NCBI GenBank assembly: GCA_902826615.1
Contig: CADEFN010000012.1
Span: 4,521-68,520, forward strand
Source: an uncultured Gemmatimonadota bacterium
GTDB taxonomy: Bacteria; Gemmatimonadota; Gemmatimonadetes; Gemmatimonadales; Gemmatimonadaceae
Length of the DNA stretch: 64,000 nt
Reading direction: 5' to 3'
Numbering within the stretch: the stretch's first letter is position 1; every line of letters begins with the position of its first letter. Made by a program: the position numbers and the translations under genes. This document shows, in pieces, positions 1-8,789 of this stretch. The notes under the pieces were generated by a model. The model made no database searches, had not been told where the DNA came from, and saw nothing but the letters and a program-made list of their open reading frames with translations.

Positions 1-395
1 AACAGCGCTGTACGCGTGGGGGAGAGGTTCTCCTTCAGAAGCGCTGCCTCCTTTTGTCGCTCAAATACAAGCTGGTGAAGGGGCTCCGCTAGACGAGCCG
101 TCCAAGCCGGCATGAACTCGAGATGGACCGGGTCTTCGACGCGCGCTAGCGACAGGCGCGAATCCAGGTCGACCGGCACCGTTTCGGACGCGGCCTTGCG
201 AAGCAGTGCCGGGGCTGCCGCCGCTTGGGGGGCTTCGCGAACCAGAGACGACAACTGCTGGGCTAGCTCTGGTTGCAGGGCGCTGTAGCGCTTGGCGAGA
301 CGCCGGACGAATACGTGCGCATCACGCTGCTGGCCTTGAAGAGCCAGCCGGGCGAGCTGGGTCAAATCGTGGGTGAGCGTCTTGATATCGTCCAT
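1..395 (-). CDS. hypothetical protein, 5' part only (gene continues past the left edge); possibly the N-terminal region of an AAA+-type ATPase
   Basis: The minus-strand frame is open from ATG (395-393) to base 1 with no stop: MDDIKTLTHDLTQLARLALQGQQRDAHVFVRRLAKRYSALQPELAQQL...VFERQKEAALLKENLSPTRTAL. It is missing from the supplied track because it is open-ended. The ATPase idea rests only on the ending, which resembles the segment that precedes a Walker A loop. The loop itself would be off-window. Confidence 0.4.
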   Translation of the reverse strand, partial: MDDIKTLTHDLTQLARLALQGQQRDAHVFVRRLAKRYSALQPELAQQLSSLVREAPQAAAAPALLRKAASETVPVDLDSRLSLARVEDPVHLEFMPAWTARLAEPLHQLVFERQKEAALLKENLSPTRTAL

Positions 396-432
396 TTAGC
401 CTACGAACTCCAATTTTTATTGGGTTGAAATG

Positions 433-470
433 GTGGACTAGTTGTATCACTATGTCTGCAACTAGTCCAC
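433..470. promoter_or_regulatory. 12-bp perfect inverted repeat GTGGACTAGTTG-N14-CAACTAGTCCAC in an AT-rich divergent promoter region
   Basis: Read directly: arms at 433-444 and 459-470. They lie in the 100-bp spacer between the minus-strand gene starting at 395 and the DUF2188-like gene starting at 496. The geometry is operator-like. Confidence 0.3.
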
Positions 471-495
471 TGGTCAAAGCTGAACGGAGAAGAAC

Positions 496-729
496 ATGTC
501 GAAGAAGAACGTGCATATCGTTCCCCGCGAGGACGGCTGGGCCGTGCGCCGGGAACACGCCGACCGGGACTCGTCACATCACCGGACGCAGGGCGCCGCC
601 ATCGATGCAGGTCGGGAGACGGCGCGCCGGGAGCGCACCGAGGTGGTGATCCACGACCGCGGCGGTCGCATCCGTGACAAAGACAGCTACGGCAACGACC
701 CGAATCCGCCACGAGACAAGAAGCACTGA
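496..729 (+). CDS. DUF2188-like small protein
   Basis: 77 aa. VHIVPREDGWAVRRE...TQGAAIDAGRETARRERTEVVIHDRGGRIRDKDSYGNDPNPPRDKK fits the DUF2188 pattern as I remember it: a GW-x-V core, then H-x-x-G-x-I-x-x-x-x-SYG-x-DP. A paralog follows. Confidence 0.6.
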   Translation: MSKKNVHIVPREDGWAVRREHADRDSSHHRTQGAAIDAGRETARRERTEVVIHDRGGRIRDKDSYGNDPNPPRDKKH

Positions 730-943
730 GCGGGTGGGCACGACAACGGCGACAGGCAGATCGCGGTTCGCTGATTCGTCGAGCTAGCGGTGCGTGACGG
801 TCGTCGGACAATCTGCGGTGGCGCGACCTGATTCGTTTTTGGCCCCCCGATTCCAGTCGACCGAAACGTATGGCAATATGCCTTGCGCGTTGAGTAGCAG
901 GATGCCCAGGCGGGCCCGTGCCAGGAAGCAAGGCAAGAACGAG

Positions 944-1252
944 ATGGCAAAGCATGAGAACAAGGTGCTACTCCGGTCCGCAAGTGGCTGGACCGTCAAG
1001 AGTACCAAGCCGACCTCCAAAGGCCAGGTTGACGTCCACGTACTACCGTCGAAAGGCGGCTGGACGGTCAAACGCGGCGGTGCATCGCGCGCCATGAAGA
1101 AGTTCGACTCTAAGGAAGAAGCGGTGTTGTGGGCACGGCAGTCGGCAAAGAGCGGCGCAACTGACCTGGTCGTGCACGGGCGGGACGGCCTCATCAGAAG
1201 CAAGGACTCGTACGGCAACGACCCGCTGCCCCCCAAGGGCGACAAGAGGTGA
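944..1252 (+). CDS. DUF2188-like small protein (second copy)
   Basis: About 102 aa from ATG 944. The track ORF 794..1252 extends upstream without support. Sequence: VHVLPSKGGWTVKRGG...FDSKEEAVLWARQSAKSGATDLVVHGRDGLIRSKDSYGNDPLPPKGDKR. Its stop overlaps the next start (GTGA). Confidence 0.6.
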   Translation: MAKHENKVLLRSASGWTVKSTKPTSKGQVDVHVLPSKGGWTVKRGGASRAMKKFDSKEEAVLWARQSAKSGATDLVVHGRDGLIRSKDSYGNDPLPPKGDKR

Positions 1253-1956
1253 AGCGGGCCCGTGGCTCCGCGCTAGCGGAGCGGCAGTTCGAGAAGAACG
1301 TCTTTGTCAACTGTCCCTTCGACACGGGCTACTACGCCCTACTCAGACCGATGCTGTTCAGCATCGTGTCTCTTGGCTTTACACCCCGCATCGCCACCGA
1401 ACGCTCGGATTCTGTCGAAAGCAGGATCGACAAGATCTGCCAGCTCATCAAGGAGTCGCGCTACAGCATTCATGATCTCTCGCGCTTGAAACCGGGCGCC
1501 AAGCAGTTCGCGCGCATGAATATGCCTTTCGAACTCGGGTTGGACTACGGCTCGCGGCGCTTCGGAACTGGGCCGATGCGTACGAAGTTGAGTCTGATCT
1601 TGGGCGCCGAAAAGTACGACTACCAGAAGGCTCTGTCGGACCTATCTGGGATCGACATCAAGAGCCACTCCGACGAGCCCGAACGGATCGTGCGAGCGGT
1701 GAGGGACTGGTTCTTCGAAACCGCTGGCGTGCGCCCAGCACCGAGTCCGACAGCCTTGTGGTACGACTTCACAGATTTCATGACGGCCCTCTACGACGCG
1801 CGCCGGCACGAGGCTTTCGATGACGCAGAACTGGATCTGATGCCGGTTCCAGAGTTTGTCGACGTCATCCAGCAGTGGGTCGTAGCGGGGACGCCGGTCG
1901 CATCATCAAGACGACGTGCCGCCAAATCGCAGTCCGCTCGATATCGTCGAGCGTAA
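1249..1956 (+). CDS. putative TIR-like / nucleoside-2-deoxyribosyltransferase-like (SLOG-fold) domain protein
   Basis: 235 aa. The N-terminal segment VFVNCPFDTGYYALLRPMLFSIVSLGFTPRIATERSDSVESRIDKICQLIKESRYSIHDLS...RMNMPFELGL has the strand-helix-strand layout and the conserved (N)-x-x-F-E-L-G acidic motif I associate with bacterial TIR-like/SLOG domains. It is translationally coupled to the DUF2188 gene. The fold assignment is inference only. Confidence 0.45.
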   Translation: MKRARGSALAERQFEKNVFVNCPFDTGYYALLRPMLFSIVSLGFTPRIATERSDSVESRIDKICQLIKESRYSIHDLSRLKPGAKQFARMNMPFELGLDYGSRRFGTGPMRTKLSLILGAEKYDYQKALSDLSGIDIKSHSDEPERIVRAVRDWFFETAGVRPAPSPTALWYDFTDFMTALYDARRHEAFDDAELDLMPVPEFVDVIQQWVVAGTPVASSRRRAAKSQSARYRRA

Positions 1957-2068
1957 GTCCGTCGTTTGGTCTGTCCTACCAGCGGCCTCACGGGCGACCG
2001 GGTAGCGACTCCCCATGCCCAATACGGAATGGGAAGCAACGACCGGTCGCCCTTCTCCGGAACCGACG

Positions 2069-2668
2069 TCAGGAAGTCGCCGCTGCCGCACGCCGGCGCG
2101 CCTTGGCCTTCGCCCTCGAGAATAGCGTGTCGACCGAGGTGGGCGACCGCCGTAGGCTGCGCGCAATCTGCTGCGTCGAAAATCCTGCGGCCTTCAAGGC
2201 GCAAACTCGCCGTTCGCTTGGCGTCAGCATCGCGAGCACCTCGCGGTGGAGCACGCTACGCTCGACATCGGCCGCCGTATTAGACGTGGCGCCGGCCGTC
2301 GATAGCAGGGCCGCCCCTTCTGCGGCCGGAACGATTCGTTCCATCAGGCGTGAGTCTCCCCGTCGCAGCCTCGACGTCGCCACGGTCCGCAGCGTGACCC
2401 ACGCGTAGCCAGCCAGGTGCGCGATCGGGCCGATGCGTGCTTCACGCTTGGCGATGCGTCGAGCGGCCTCTTCCAGCACGTCTGCGAGCGCGACGTCGTC
2501 TCGGAACGACGGGAACTGACGGCGGAAGCGCGGCAGCATCTTCATCAGCACGCGCTCAATCCGCGGATCGAGCGGGCCACCTGTCTCGTTCACCAGCGAC
2601 ACATTGCGTGCATGCACATGGACTCCCTTCGACACGTTGCATGCCGCCAGTGCACATTGCATGCCCAC
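2069..2668 (-). CDS. sigma-70 family (ECF-like) RNA polymerase sigma factor
   Basis: Region-4 HTH: LTPSERRVCALKAAGFSTQQIARSLRRSPTSVDTLFSRAKAK. Region-2-like segment: HLAGYAWVTLRTVATSRLRR. It is a paralog of 61234..61887, which sits in the same place, divergent from virB2. The true start is probably internal, because alignment with the paralog begins near VHVHARNVSLV. Confidence 0.7.
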   Translation of the reverse strand: MGMQCALAACNVSKGVHVHARNVSLVNETGGPLDPRIERVLMKMLPRFRRQFPSFRDDVALADVLEEAARRIAKREARIGPIAHLAGYAWVTLRTVATSRLRRGDSRLMERIVPAAEGAALLSTAGATSNTAADVERSVLHREVLAMLTPSERRVCALKAAGFSTQQIARSLRRSPTSVDTLFSRAKAKARRRAAAATS

Positions 2669-2899
2669 CTGTGGAAGGTGACTGCGGCGAGCAACAGACT
2701 CGCGCGGCTGGCTGCAAGTTTTCGGCGCCAGACAGCGTTCCTGTTGATAGAGCGCGGGTGACGCGCATCGTGTTGGCGGCCAGGCGTTCCAAGAACGTCG
2801 GTGAGCGCCTCACCCACGTGCAGCAGTTTCTGCAGCGGGTCATGGGGGTCCGCATTGCAGCTTCTGCCAACCACGACTCGCGATCCGCGATGAGCCATC

Positions 2900-3223
2900 G
2901 TGTCGAGCCTTGGAGGTGTGTGGATGTCTTTCAGTGCAGCAACATCGTCGACTCGTGGCGTCGCGCGTCTGTGTCTTACGCTGGCGCTCATCGGTCACGC
3001 CACAGCAGCGTCCGCACAACAGGCGCCCTGGGAGCGGGCGGCGAACAACCTGCAGCAATCGTTCACGGGCCCCCTGGCACGCTCCTTGGCCCTCGTGGCC
3101 ATCGTGATCGGCGGCCTCATGTTCATGTTCGGGGAGGGCGGCGCAAAGCGGCAGATCTCCGGCATCGTCCTCGGCGGCGGCCTCGCGCTGTTCGCGGCCC
3201 AGTTCTTGACGTGGCTGTTCTGA
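2900..3223 (+). CDS. virB2: T4SS pilin, TrbC/VirB2 family
   Basis: Signal-like N-terminus, then TGPLARSLALVAIVIGGLMFMFGEGGAKRQISGIVLGGGLALFAAQFLTWLF, the two hydrophobic helices typical of VirB2/TrbC. It is the first gene of the T4SS operon. It matches 59 of 66 residues over this part with 62062..62439. The start is uncertain (GTG 2900 or ATG 2924). Confidence 0.8.
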   Translation: MSSLGGVWMSFSAATSSTRGVARLCLTLALIGHATAASAQQAPWERAANNLQQSFTGPLARSLALVAIVIGGLMFMFGEGGAKRQISGIVLGGGLALFAAQFLTWLF

Positions 3224-3231
3224 GTCTGGCG

Positions 3232-3546
3232 ATGACCCACAGCACCCTCACGTCAAGTCGGCCCGTCTACCGTCCGGTCTTCAAGGCCCTTCACCGTCCG
3301 CTCACGATCCTTGGGGTCGACCGACGTCTGTTCTTCCTCGCGCTGATGGTCGGAACCGCGACGTTCAACCTGTTCTATTCGTTCGTCGCCGGCCTGCTGG
3401 TATGTGGGGGCCTCTACGGATTCGCCCTGTGGGCGACATGGCGCGACCCCGCCATGCTCAACATCCTGCTGGCGTCGTCCCGTGCACGCCGTCGCTACGA
3501 CCCCGGCAAGCATCGGCACGCGGCTGTGGAGGTACAGGCGTGTTGA
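3232..3546 (+). CDS. virB3: T4SS protein VirB3/TrbD family
   Basis: 104 aa from ATG 3232, which is the tail of the spurious long track ORF 2437..3546. Sequence: FKALHRPLTILGVDRRLFFLALMVGTATFNLFYSFVAGLLVCGGLYGFALWATWRDPAMLNIL. Size, two TM helices and position between VirB2 and VirB4 fit VirB3. Its stop overlaps the virB4 start. Confidence 0.75.
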   Translation: MTHSTLTSSRPVYRPVFKALHRPLTILGVDRRLFFLALMVGTATFNLFYSFVAGLLVCGGLYGFALWATWRDPAMLNILLASSRARRRYDPGKHRHAAVEVQAC

Positions 3547-5960
3547 AGATCGGGTGGATTCTGCGCGATTACCGCGAAACCGGAGCGGTGAACGAGCTGC
3601 TTGCCGTCTGGGGCTTCGTGGGAGACGGCACGTTCATCACCAAGGCCGGGCATGTGGGCGTGGCTTTCCGGTTGAGAGGTCTCGACGTGGGCGGCCTGAC
3701 GCATGCGCAACGCCAGGCCGTGACCCATCGGATGGAAGCGGCTCTCAAGCTGCTCGACGAGCGCTTCCGGGTCTACCAGTACCTGGTCAAACGACGCGTC
3801 GACCCCTTCGAGACGCCTCGGTGCTCAGAACCTGTGGCGCAGGAAGCTCTGGCGCGGCGGACGGACTACTTGAACGGACGTCGCGACGCACTTCACGAGT
3901 TCAGCCAGTACCTCGTGTTGCTGTACGAACCACCGGCGCTCTCCCGCGTGGGGCGGTGGACGCGACGTCCCTGGCGGGACGCGATCCGAGCCGCACTGTC
4001 AGTGGACGAAGTCGTGATGCTCCTCGAGGCCGAGGTGAAGCGCGGCATCGAGACGCTGCACCACCGCGCCCAGGGGCTCCAGGCGCAACTCGTGGAGCTT
4101 AGACCCGAGCGCCTATCCTCCGACGCCGTCTTCCGGTTCCTGCGCATCCTCGCCAACTACGACGCCTCAACGCTCGCCGCAGCCACGGCGCCGCCCGAGA
4201 TCCATCTGGACTACTTCGTGGCGGCCTCGCCCGTGGAGTGCGAGCGCGACCACCTGCGCGTGGGGCGGCAGCTGCTCAAGGTGCTGTCGATGAAGGAGGC
4301 ACCGGCCCAGACTTTCGCGCATGTGCTCGGAGACCTGACCACCGTCCCTGGCGAGTTCATCGCCTGTCTGGAGTGGCAGCGCATGGCGCCGGACAAAGTG
4401 CGGCGCGACATCCAATCCCGACGGCGCCACTTCTTCAACCAGCGGGTGTCCCTCGTGAACTACGTGTCGCCCGACACAGGGCCTGAGGAGATGCTGGTCG
4501 ACGACTCCGCGACGGCCACGGTGAAGACGCTCGGTGACGCCCTGACGGAAGTGGAGGTCAATGGCCACGCCTTCGGTCTGTGCTCCCTGACGCTCGTGCT
4601 GCACGGCGACGATGCGCGCGCCCTAGGGCACCAGACCGCCGAGTCGATGAAGGTGCTGGCCGCCCACGACGGCGCCTTCTTTGAGGAGTCGTACAACCTG
4701 CTGAACGCCTGGCTCGCCATCATGCCAGGCAACGGCGCCCACAACCTCCGGCGGCTCGCGCTTCTGGAGACGCACGCCTCAGACCTCAGCTTCCTATTTA
4801 CCATCGACACGGGTCGGTCGGCGTCGTCCCCGGCCGGCGAGCCGCTGGCCACGTTCGAGACCCCGCACGGCACACCGTTCGCCTACTACCTGCACGAACA
4901 GGACGTGGCGCACACGCTTGTGCTGGGGTCGACCGGCAGCGGCAAGAGCTTCCTGCTCAATTTCCTGGTCACGAACGCCCAGCACTATCAGCCGTTCACC
5001 GTCGTGCTCGACCTTGGGCACAGCTACCGGAAGCTGGCGACCCTCCTGCGCGGCAGCTACCTGGAACTGGGACTGCGGCAGTCGTCCGTCAGCATCAACC
5101 CGTTTGCCCTGGACCCCACGCCCGAGCACCTGCACTTTCTGCACGCGTTCGTGCGGGTGTTGCTCGAAGGCCAAGACGGCTACCGCCTGAGCGACCTGGA
5201 AGACCGCGAGGTCTACGAGGCGATCGAGAGTCTATATGTGCTCGACCGCACCCAGCGACGCCTGTTCACCCTGGCCAATCTGCTGCCGCGCGCGCTGGCC
5301 GGCCGCCTGCAGAAGTGGACCGAGGGCGGGCGCTACGCTGACCTGTTCGACCACGTGGAGGACACACTGACTTTCGGTCGGCTCCAGGTGTTCGACTTCG
5401 AGGCGATGCGCGACTTCCCGGCGCTGCTCGAACCGCTGCTCTTCTACGTGCTGCATCGAGTCAACGCCCGCGTGCTGAGCCCCGAGGATGGCCCGACGCT
5501 AAAGCTCTGCGTGATGGACGAGGCCTGGCGGTTTATCCAGCACCCGATGTTGCGGGGTTACGTGCAGGAAGCGCTCAAGACGTGGCGGAAGCGGAACGCC
5601 GCGATGATCCTGGCCACGCAGTCCGTGGACGACTTCGCGTCGGCCGAGTTGCTGAGGACGGTCGTCGAGAGCTGCCCGACCAAGCTGCTGCTGGCCAATC
5701 CGGCGATGGACCGACGCCAGTATGCCGACCTGTTCCAGATGAACGACCAGGAACTCGATCTGCTGAGCCAGCTGATGCCGCGGCAACAGTTGTTGCTCAA
5801 ACGCCCCTCGCTCACCAAGGTCCTCACGCTGTCGGTGGACCCCAAGAGCTACTGGATCTACACGAACACGCCCATCGACAACGAGCGCGTCGACGCGCTC
5901 ACTCGCGAACACGGGCTCGAGGCGGGCCTCGAGCGTCTGACGGCGTCAGCCGCGAAGTAG
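3540..5960 (+). CDS. virB4: T4SS ATPase VirB4/TrbE
   Basis: About 806 aa from GTG 3540. The track ORF starts at 3402, inside virB3. Walker A: LVLGSTGSGKSF. Walker B: KLCVMDEAWRF. ILATQSV follows. The N-terminus LKIGWILRDYRETGAVNELLAVWGFVGDGTFITKAGHVG aligns with the second copy at 62747. Confidence 0.9.
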   Translation: MLKIGWILRDYRETGAVNELLAVWGFVGDGTFITKAGHVGVAFRLRGLDVGGLTHAQRQAVTHRMEAALKLLDERFRVYQYLVKRRVDPFETPRCSEPVAQEALARRTDYLNGRRDALHEFSQYLVLLYEPPALSRVGRWTRRPWRDAIRAALSVDEVVMLLEAEVKRGIETLHHRAQGLQAQLVELRPERLSSDAVFRFLRILANYDASTLAAATAPPEIHLDYFVAASPVECERDHLRVGRQLLKVLSMKEAPAQTFAHVLGDLTTVPGEFIACLEWQRMAPDKVRRDIQSRRRHFFNQRVSLVNYVSPDTGPEEMLVDDSATATVKTLGDALTEVEVNGHAFGLCSLTLVLHGDDARALGHQTAESMKVLAAHDGAFFEESYNLLNAWLAIMPGNGAHNLRRLALLETHASDLSFLFTIDTGRSASSPAGEPLATFETPHGTPFAYYLHEQDVAHTLVLGSTGSGKSFLLNFLVTNAQHYQPFTVVLDLGHSYRKLATLLRGSYLELGLRQSSVSINPFALDPTPEHLHFLHAFVRVLLEGQDGYRLSDLEDREVYEAIESLYVLDRTQRRLFTLANLLPRALAGRLQKWTEGGRYADLFDHVEDTLTFGRLQVFDFEAMRDFPALLEPLLFYVLHRVNARVLSPEDGPTLKLCVMDEAWRFIQHPMLRGYVQEALKTWRKRNAAMILATQSVDDFASAELLRTVVESCPTKLLLANPAMDRRQYADLFQMNDQELDLLSQLMPRQQLLLKRPSLTKVLTLSVDPKSYWIYTNTPIDNERVDALTREHGLEAGLERLTASAAK

Positions 5961-5969
5961 GAGGATGAG

Positions 5970-6749
5970 ATGAGATTGGGTTCCAGAGGAACGGCCGCAA
6001 TGCTGGCCTTCGGTATGGCGGTTGTTGCCGGCCCGTCGGCTGTGCGGGCGCAGAGCGGCGTGAGAGAAGTGCAAGCCTCGGAGCATTCCCTGATTCCGCT
6101 CCAGACGCGCCTCCGCTACACCACGATGATCGTCTTGCCCGATCGCGACGAGATCCTCGACGTGATCTGTGGCGACCGCGACTTCTGGGTGATCAGCGCC
6201 ACGCGCAACATCGCGCACGTCAAGCCCGCAAAGGCCGGCGCGGAGACCAACCTCAACCTGGTGACGGCCAGTGGCGCGATCTACTCGTTCGTGCTCACCG
6301 AGAAGTCCGTGCCGCCGGACCTGAAGGTCTACGTCGACACGGGCCAAATGACCCCCGCGCCGGCGCCTCGCCTGTACACCGCCGCCCATGTCGAAGCCCT
6401 GGAAGCCCAACTGTCAGAGTCGAAGGCGGTGGTGGAGGCGACTGAACGCCGCGCGACCGAAGCCGAAGTCAGCTTTCGGCACCAGTATCCGGCCACGCTG
6501 CAGTTCCCCTTCATCGCCCCCACCTACGCCAAGCCGTTCCTCGTGCGCGCCATCTGGCATGACGGCCAGCAGACGTTCGTGAAGTCCGACGCAAAGGAAC
6601 TGCCCGTGATCTACGAGATCGTCGACGGCAAGCCGAGCCTCGTGAACTTCCAGGTGGTGCGCGGCACCTACGTGGTGCCCAAGGTGCTGGACCGCGGGTA
6701 TCTGGCGCTTGGCAAGCAGCGGTTTCCCTTCGAGCAGGTGGAGCGCTAG
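5970..6749 (+). CDS. virB9: T4SS outer-membrane core protein, VirB9/TrbG/CagX-like
   Basis: 259 aa with signal peptide MLAFGMAVVAGPSAVRAQ. It sits between VirB4 and VirB10. Size and beta-rich character fit VirB9. No unique motif was checked. Confidence 0.6.
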   Translation: MRLGSRGTAAMLAFGMAVVAGPSAVRAQSGVREVQASEHSLIPLQTRLRYTTMIVLPDRDEILDVICGDRDFWVISATRNIAHVKPAKAGAETNLNLVTASGAIYSFVLTEKSVPPDLKVYVDTGQMTPAPAPRLYTAAHVEALEAQLSESKAVVEATERRATEAEVSFRHQYPATLQFPFIAPTYAKPFLVRAIWHDGQQTFVKSDAKELPVIYEIVDGKPSLVNFQVVRGTYVVPKVLDRGYLALGKQRFPFEQVER

Positions 6750-6751
6750 CG

Positions 6752-7999
6752 ATGGAGGCGCAGGACCCGGTTCCGGGCGCGGTCCCGGTCACCGACCGTC
6801 GGCCCGTGCCCGCTGGCGTGCTCCCACGCCGGTTCCAGACGTGGCTGATGGCGGGCCTGGCCGCGGGGATCGTGCTGATCATCCTCCTGGCTGGGGAGCC
6901 GCGTCCCCCGGCGGGGCCAACTCAGACGCCGGCGGCGCCGGCAGCGCCAACGGCCGACCGCCTGCGCGACTACCAGGAGCGACTCAGGGCGATGGAGGCG
7001 CGGGCCGCGACGGAAGCGGCCCAGCCGACGGTTGACCCATCGCCGACGTTCTCTGGTGAACCGGGGACGCCACGGGCCGAGGATCCTCTGGTGGCGGAGC
7101 GACGACGTCGCGACTACGACAGTCTCTTTGCGAGCAACGTCGTGCTGTCGCGGCGCACGGGGTCCGGCAAGCCGGACGAAGGGACCCCGCCGGCCGCGTC
7201 GACGCCTCCGGATGGCCGAGCCGCGCAGGCCCCGTCGCTCGACGCCATTGCCGATGCCGTCGTGCGGGCCACCGCCCGCGACGGCGCAACGGCCCCAGGA
7301 ACCGGGACGGCCGCAGGCCGCGAGCAGCGGACGGAGGCCTCGTCATCTGCCGCGGCTCAGCCTGACGGCCCGACCACCCCTGAGCACACCGACCCGATTC
7401 GCGCGGCTGGCCCGCTCCACCGCCTGCTCGAGGGCACGTTCATTGACGCCTCGCTCACGAATCGGCTCGACGGCGCAGCGGCAGCGCCCGTCGTCTGTCT
7501 CGTCACCAATCCGGTCTTCTCGCACGCGGGCCACGTGGTCGTCATCCCCGCCGGGGCCCGGGTCCTGGGGGAGACACGTCCGGTGCAAGCGCTGGGTGAG
7601 ACGCGGCTCGCGGTGGCGTTCCATCGCCTCGTGATGCCTGACGGGCGCACGTATCGGCTGGACCAGTTCCGAGGACTCAATCAGCTCGGCGACGTCGGGC
7701 TTCGCGACCAGGTCAACCAGCACTACTGGTCCACGTTCGGGGCTGCTGGCGCCGTGGGCCTCATCAGTGGCCTTGCGCAGTGGCTGGGCACGGCGGGCGT
7801 GTCGCGTGCCAGCGGCGGCGGCACGGTTGTGGTCACCGGCGGCATCGCCGAGACCTCACAGGCCAGCCAACAGGTGCTCAGTCGGTTCCTGAACCGCCTG
7901 CCCACCGTGACCATCCGCGAGGGCCACCGCGTGAAGGTCTACCTGTCGAGCGATCTCGACCTGCCGGCGTACGCCGCAGCGCCGGGCACCAGTTGGTAG
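6752..7999 (+). CDS. virB10: T4SS core protein VirB10/TrbI
   Basis: 415 aa with one N-terminal TM helix (LMAGLAAGIVLIILLAG) and a long Pro/Ala-rich linker. The C-terminal domain LLEGTFIDASLTNRLDG...VVIPAGARVLGE...RLAVAFHRLVMPDGRTYRL...GLRDQVNQHYW is typical of TrbI/VirB10. Confidence 0.8.
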   Translation: MEAQDPVPGAVPVTDRRPVPAGVLPRRFQTWLMAGLAAGIVLIILLAGEPRPPAGPTQTPAAPAAPTADRLRDYQERLRAMEARAATEAAQPTVDPSPTFSGEPGTPRAEDPLVAERRRRDYDSLFASNVVLSRRTGSGKPDEGTPPAASTPPDGRAAQAPSLDAIADAVVRATARDGATAPGTGTAAGREQRTEASSSAAAQPDGPTTPEHTDPIRAAGPLHRLLEGTFIDASLTNRLDGAAAAPVVCLVTNPVFSHAGHVVVIPAGARVLGETRPVQALGETRLAVAFHRLVMPDGRTYRLDQFRGLNQLGDVGLRDQVNQHYWSTFGAAGAVGLISGLAQWLGTAGVSRASGGGTVVVTGGIAETSQASQQVLSRFLNRLPTVTIREGHRVKVYLSSDLDLPAYAAAPGTSW

Positions 8000-8012
8000 G
8001 AGTGGAGGATCC

Positions 8013-8789
8013 ATGAAGCTCAGAGTGCTGCTCGCCGCGACCATCATCGCTGGCGTCGTCCCGTCCGTCCGCGCCCAGGTCGCCGTGATCGACCCGGCCA
8101 ACCTCACGCAGGCGGTGCTCATCGCCCAGCGGGTGCAAGAGCACTACGAAGTGCTGCAGGCGCAGTACCAGACGATTCTCAACATGTCGCAGGGTTTGGG
8201 AACCCTCGGCCGTTACCGGATCCCGACCATTAGCGCGACCCTCCACAGCGCCGGGCAATGGGCGTTCGGCCGTGGCTGGCTCCAGGGATTGAACAACGGA
8301 GACCCCACGGGCGCGGGCTACACCTCCACCACGATTCCCCTCGAGCGTCCGGTGTCCTTGCCGGCGCAACTGGGCGCCGCCGCCCGGCGCGTGATGGAAC
8401 GGCAATACGCCACCGTGGAGATTGCCGACTCGGTCGCCATGATGGGCGGTCATCAGGTCGGCGCCCTGCGCGGCTATGCGGGCCAGCTCCAGGGGGCCGT
8501 GCAGGAGCTGGAGGGCGACGTGCTGAACGGACTGCTGCGATATCACGAGATGACCGCCATTCTCGACAAGATCGCGGCCGGCGAGCTGCTGGGGCGCCGG
8601 CAGGACATGGCCACGAACCAACTGCTGTCGCATGCGCTGGAGCAGCTCCTGGCCAAGGGCAAGCGCCAGCGCGACACGGAAGCCACCACCATGAACATGC
8701 AGCTGGTGACCTGGCGCGACGCGCGGGCGGTCAACGACGCGATGGTCGTCGGCACCGGCGACGCGCTCCGCACGTGGAGGCAGCCATGA
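8013..8789 (+). CDS. TrbJ/VirB5-like secreted T4SS protein (copy 1)
   Basis: Signal peptide, then AQVAVIDPANLTQAVLIAQRVQEHYEVLQAQYQTILNMSQGL, the TrbJ/VirB5-type helical N-terminus. The C-terminal block KGKRQRDTEATTMNMQLVTWRDARAVNDAMVVGTGDALRTWRQP is shared with the next gene. Confidence 0.55.
   Translation: MKLRVLLAATIIAGVVPSVRAQVAVIDPANLTQAVLIAQRVQEHYEVLQAQYQTILNMSQGLGTLGRYRIPTISATLHSAGQWAFGRGWLQGLNNGDPTGAGYTSTTIPLERPVSLPAQLGAAARRVMERQYATVEIADSVAMMGGHQVGALRGYAGQLQGAVQELEGDVLNGLLRYHEMTAILDKIAAGELLGRRQDMATNQLLSHALEQLLAKGKRQRDTEATTMNMQLVTWRDARAVNDAMVVGTGDALRTWRQP

Noticed and set aside
2437-3546. 369-aa plus-strand ORF spanning the sigma gene, the intergenic region, virB2 and virB3.
   Set aside because: Only its last 104 codons (from ATG 3232) make a sensible VirB3. 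The remainder overlaps better-supported genes on both strands and is Arg/Ala-rich noise.
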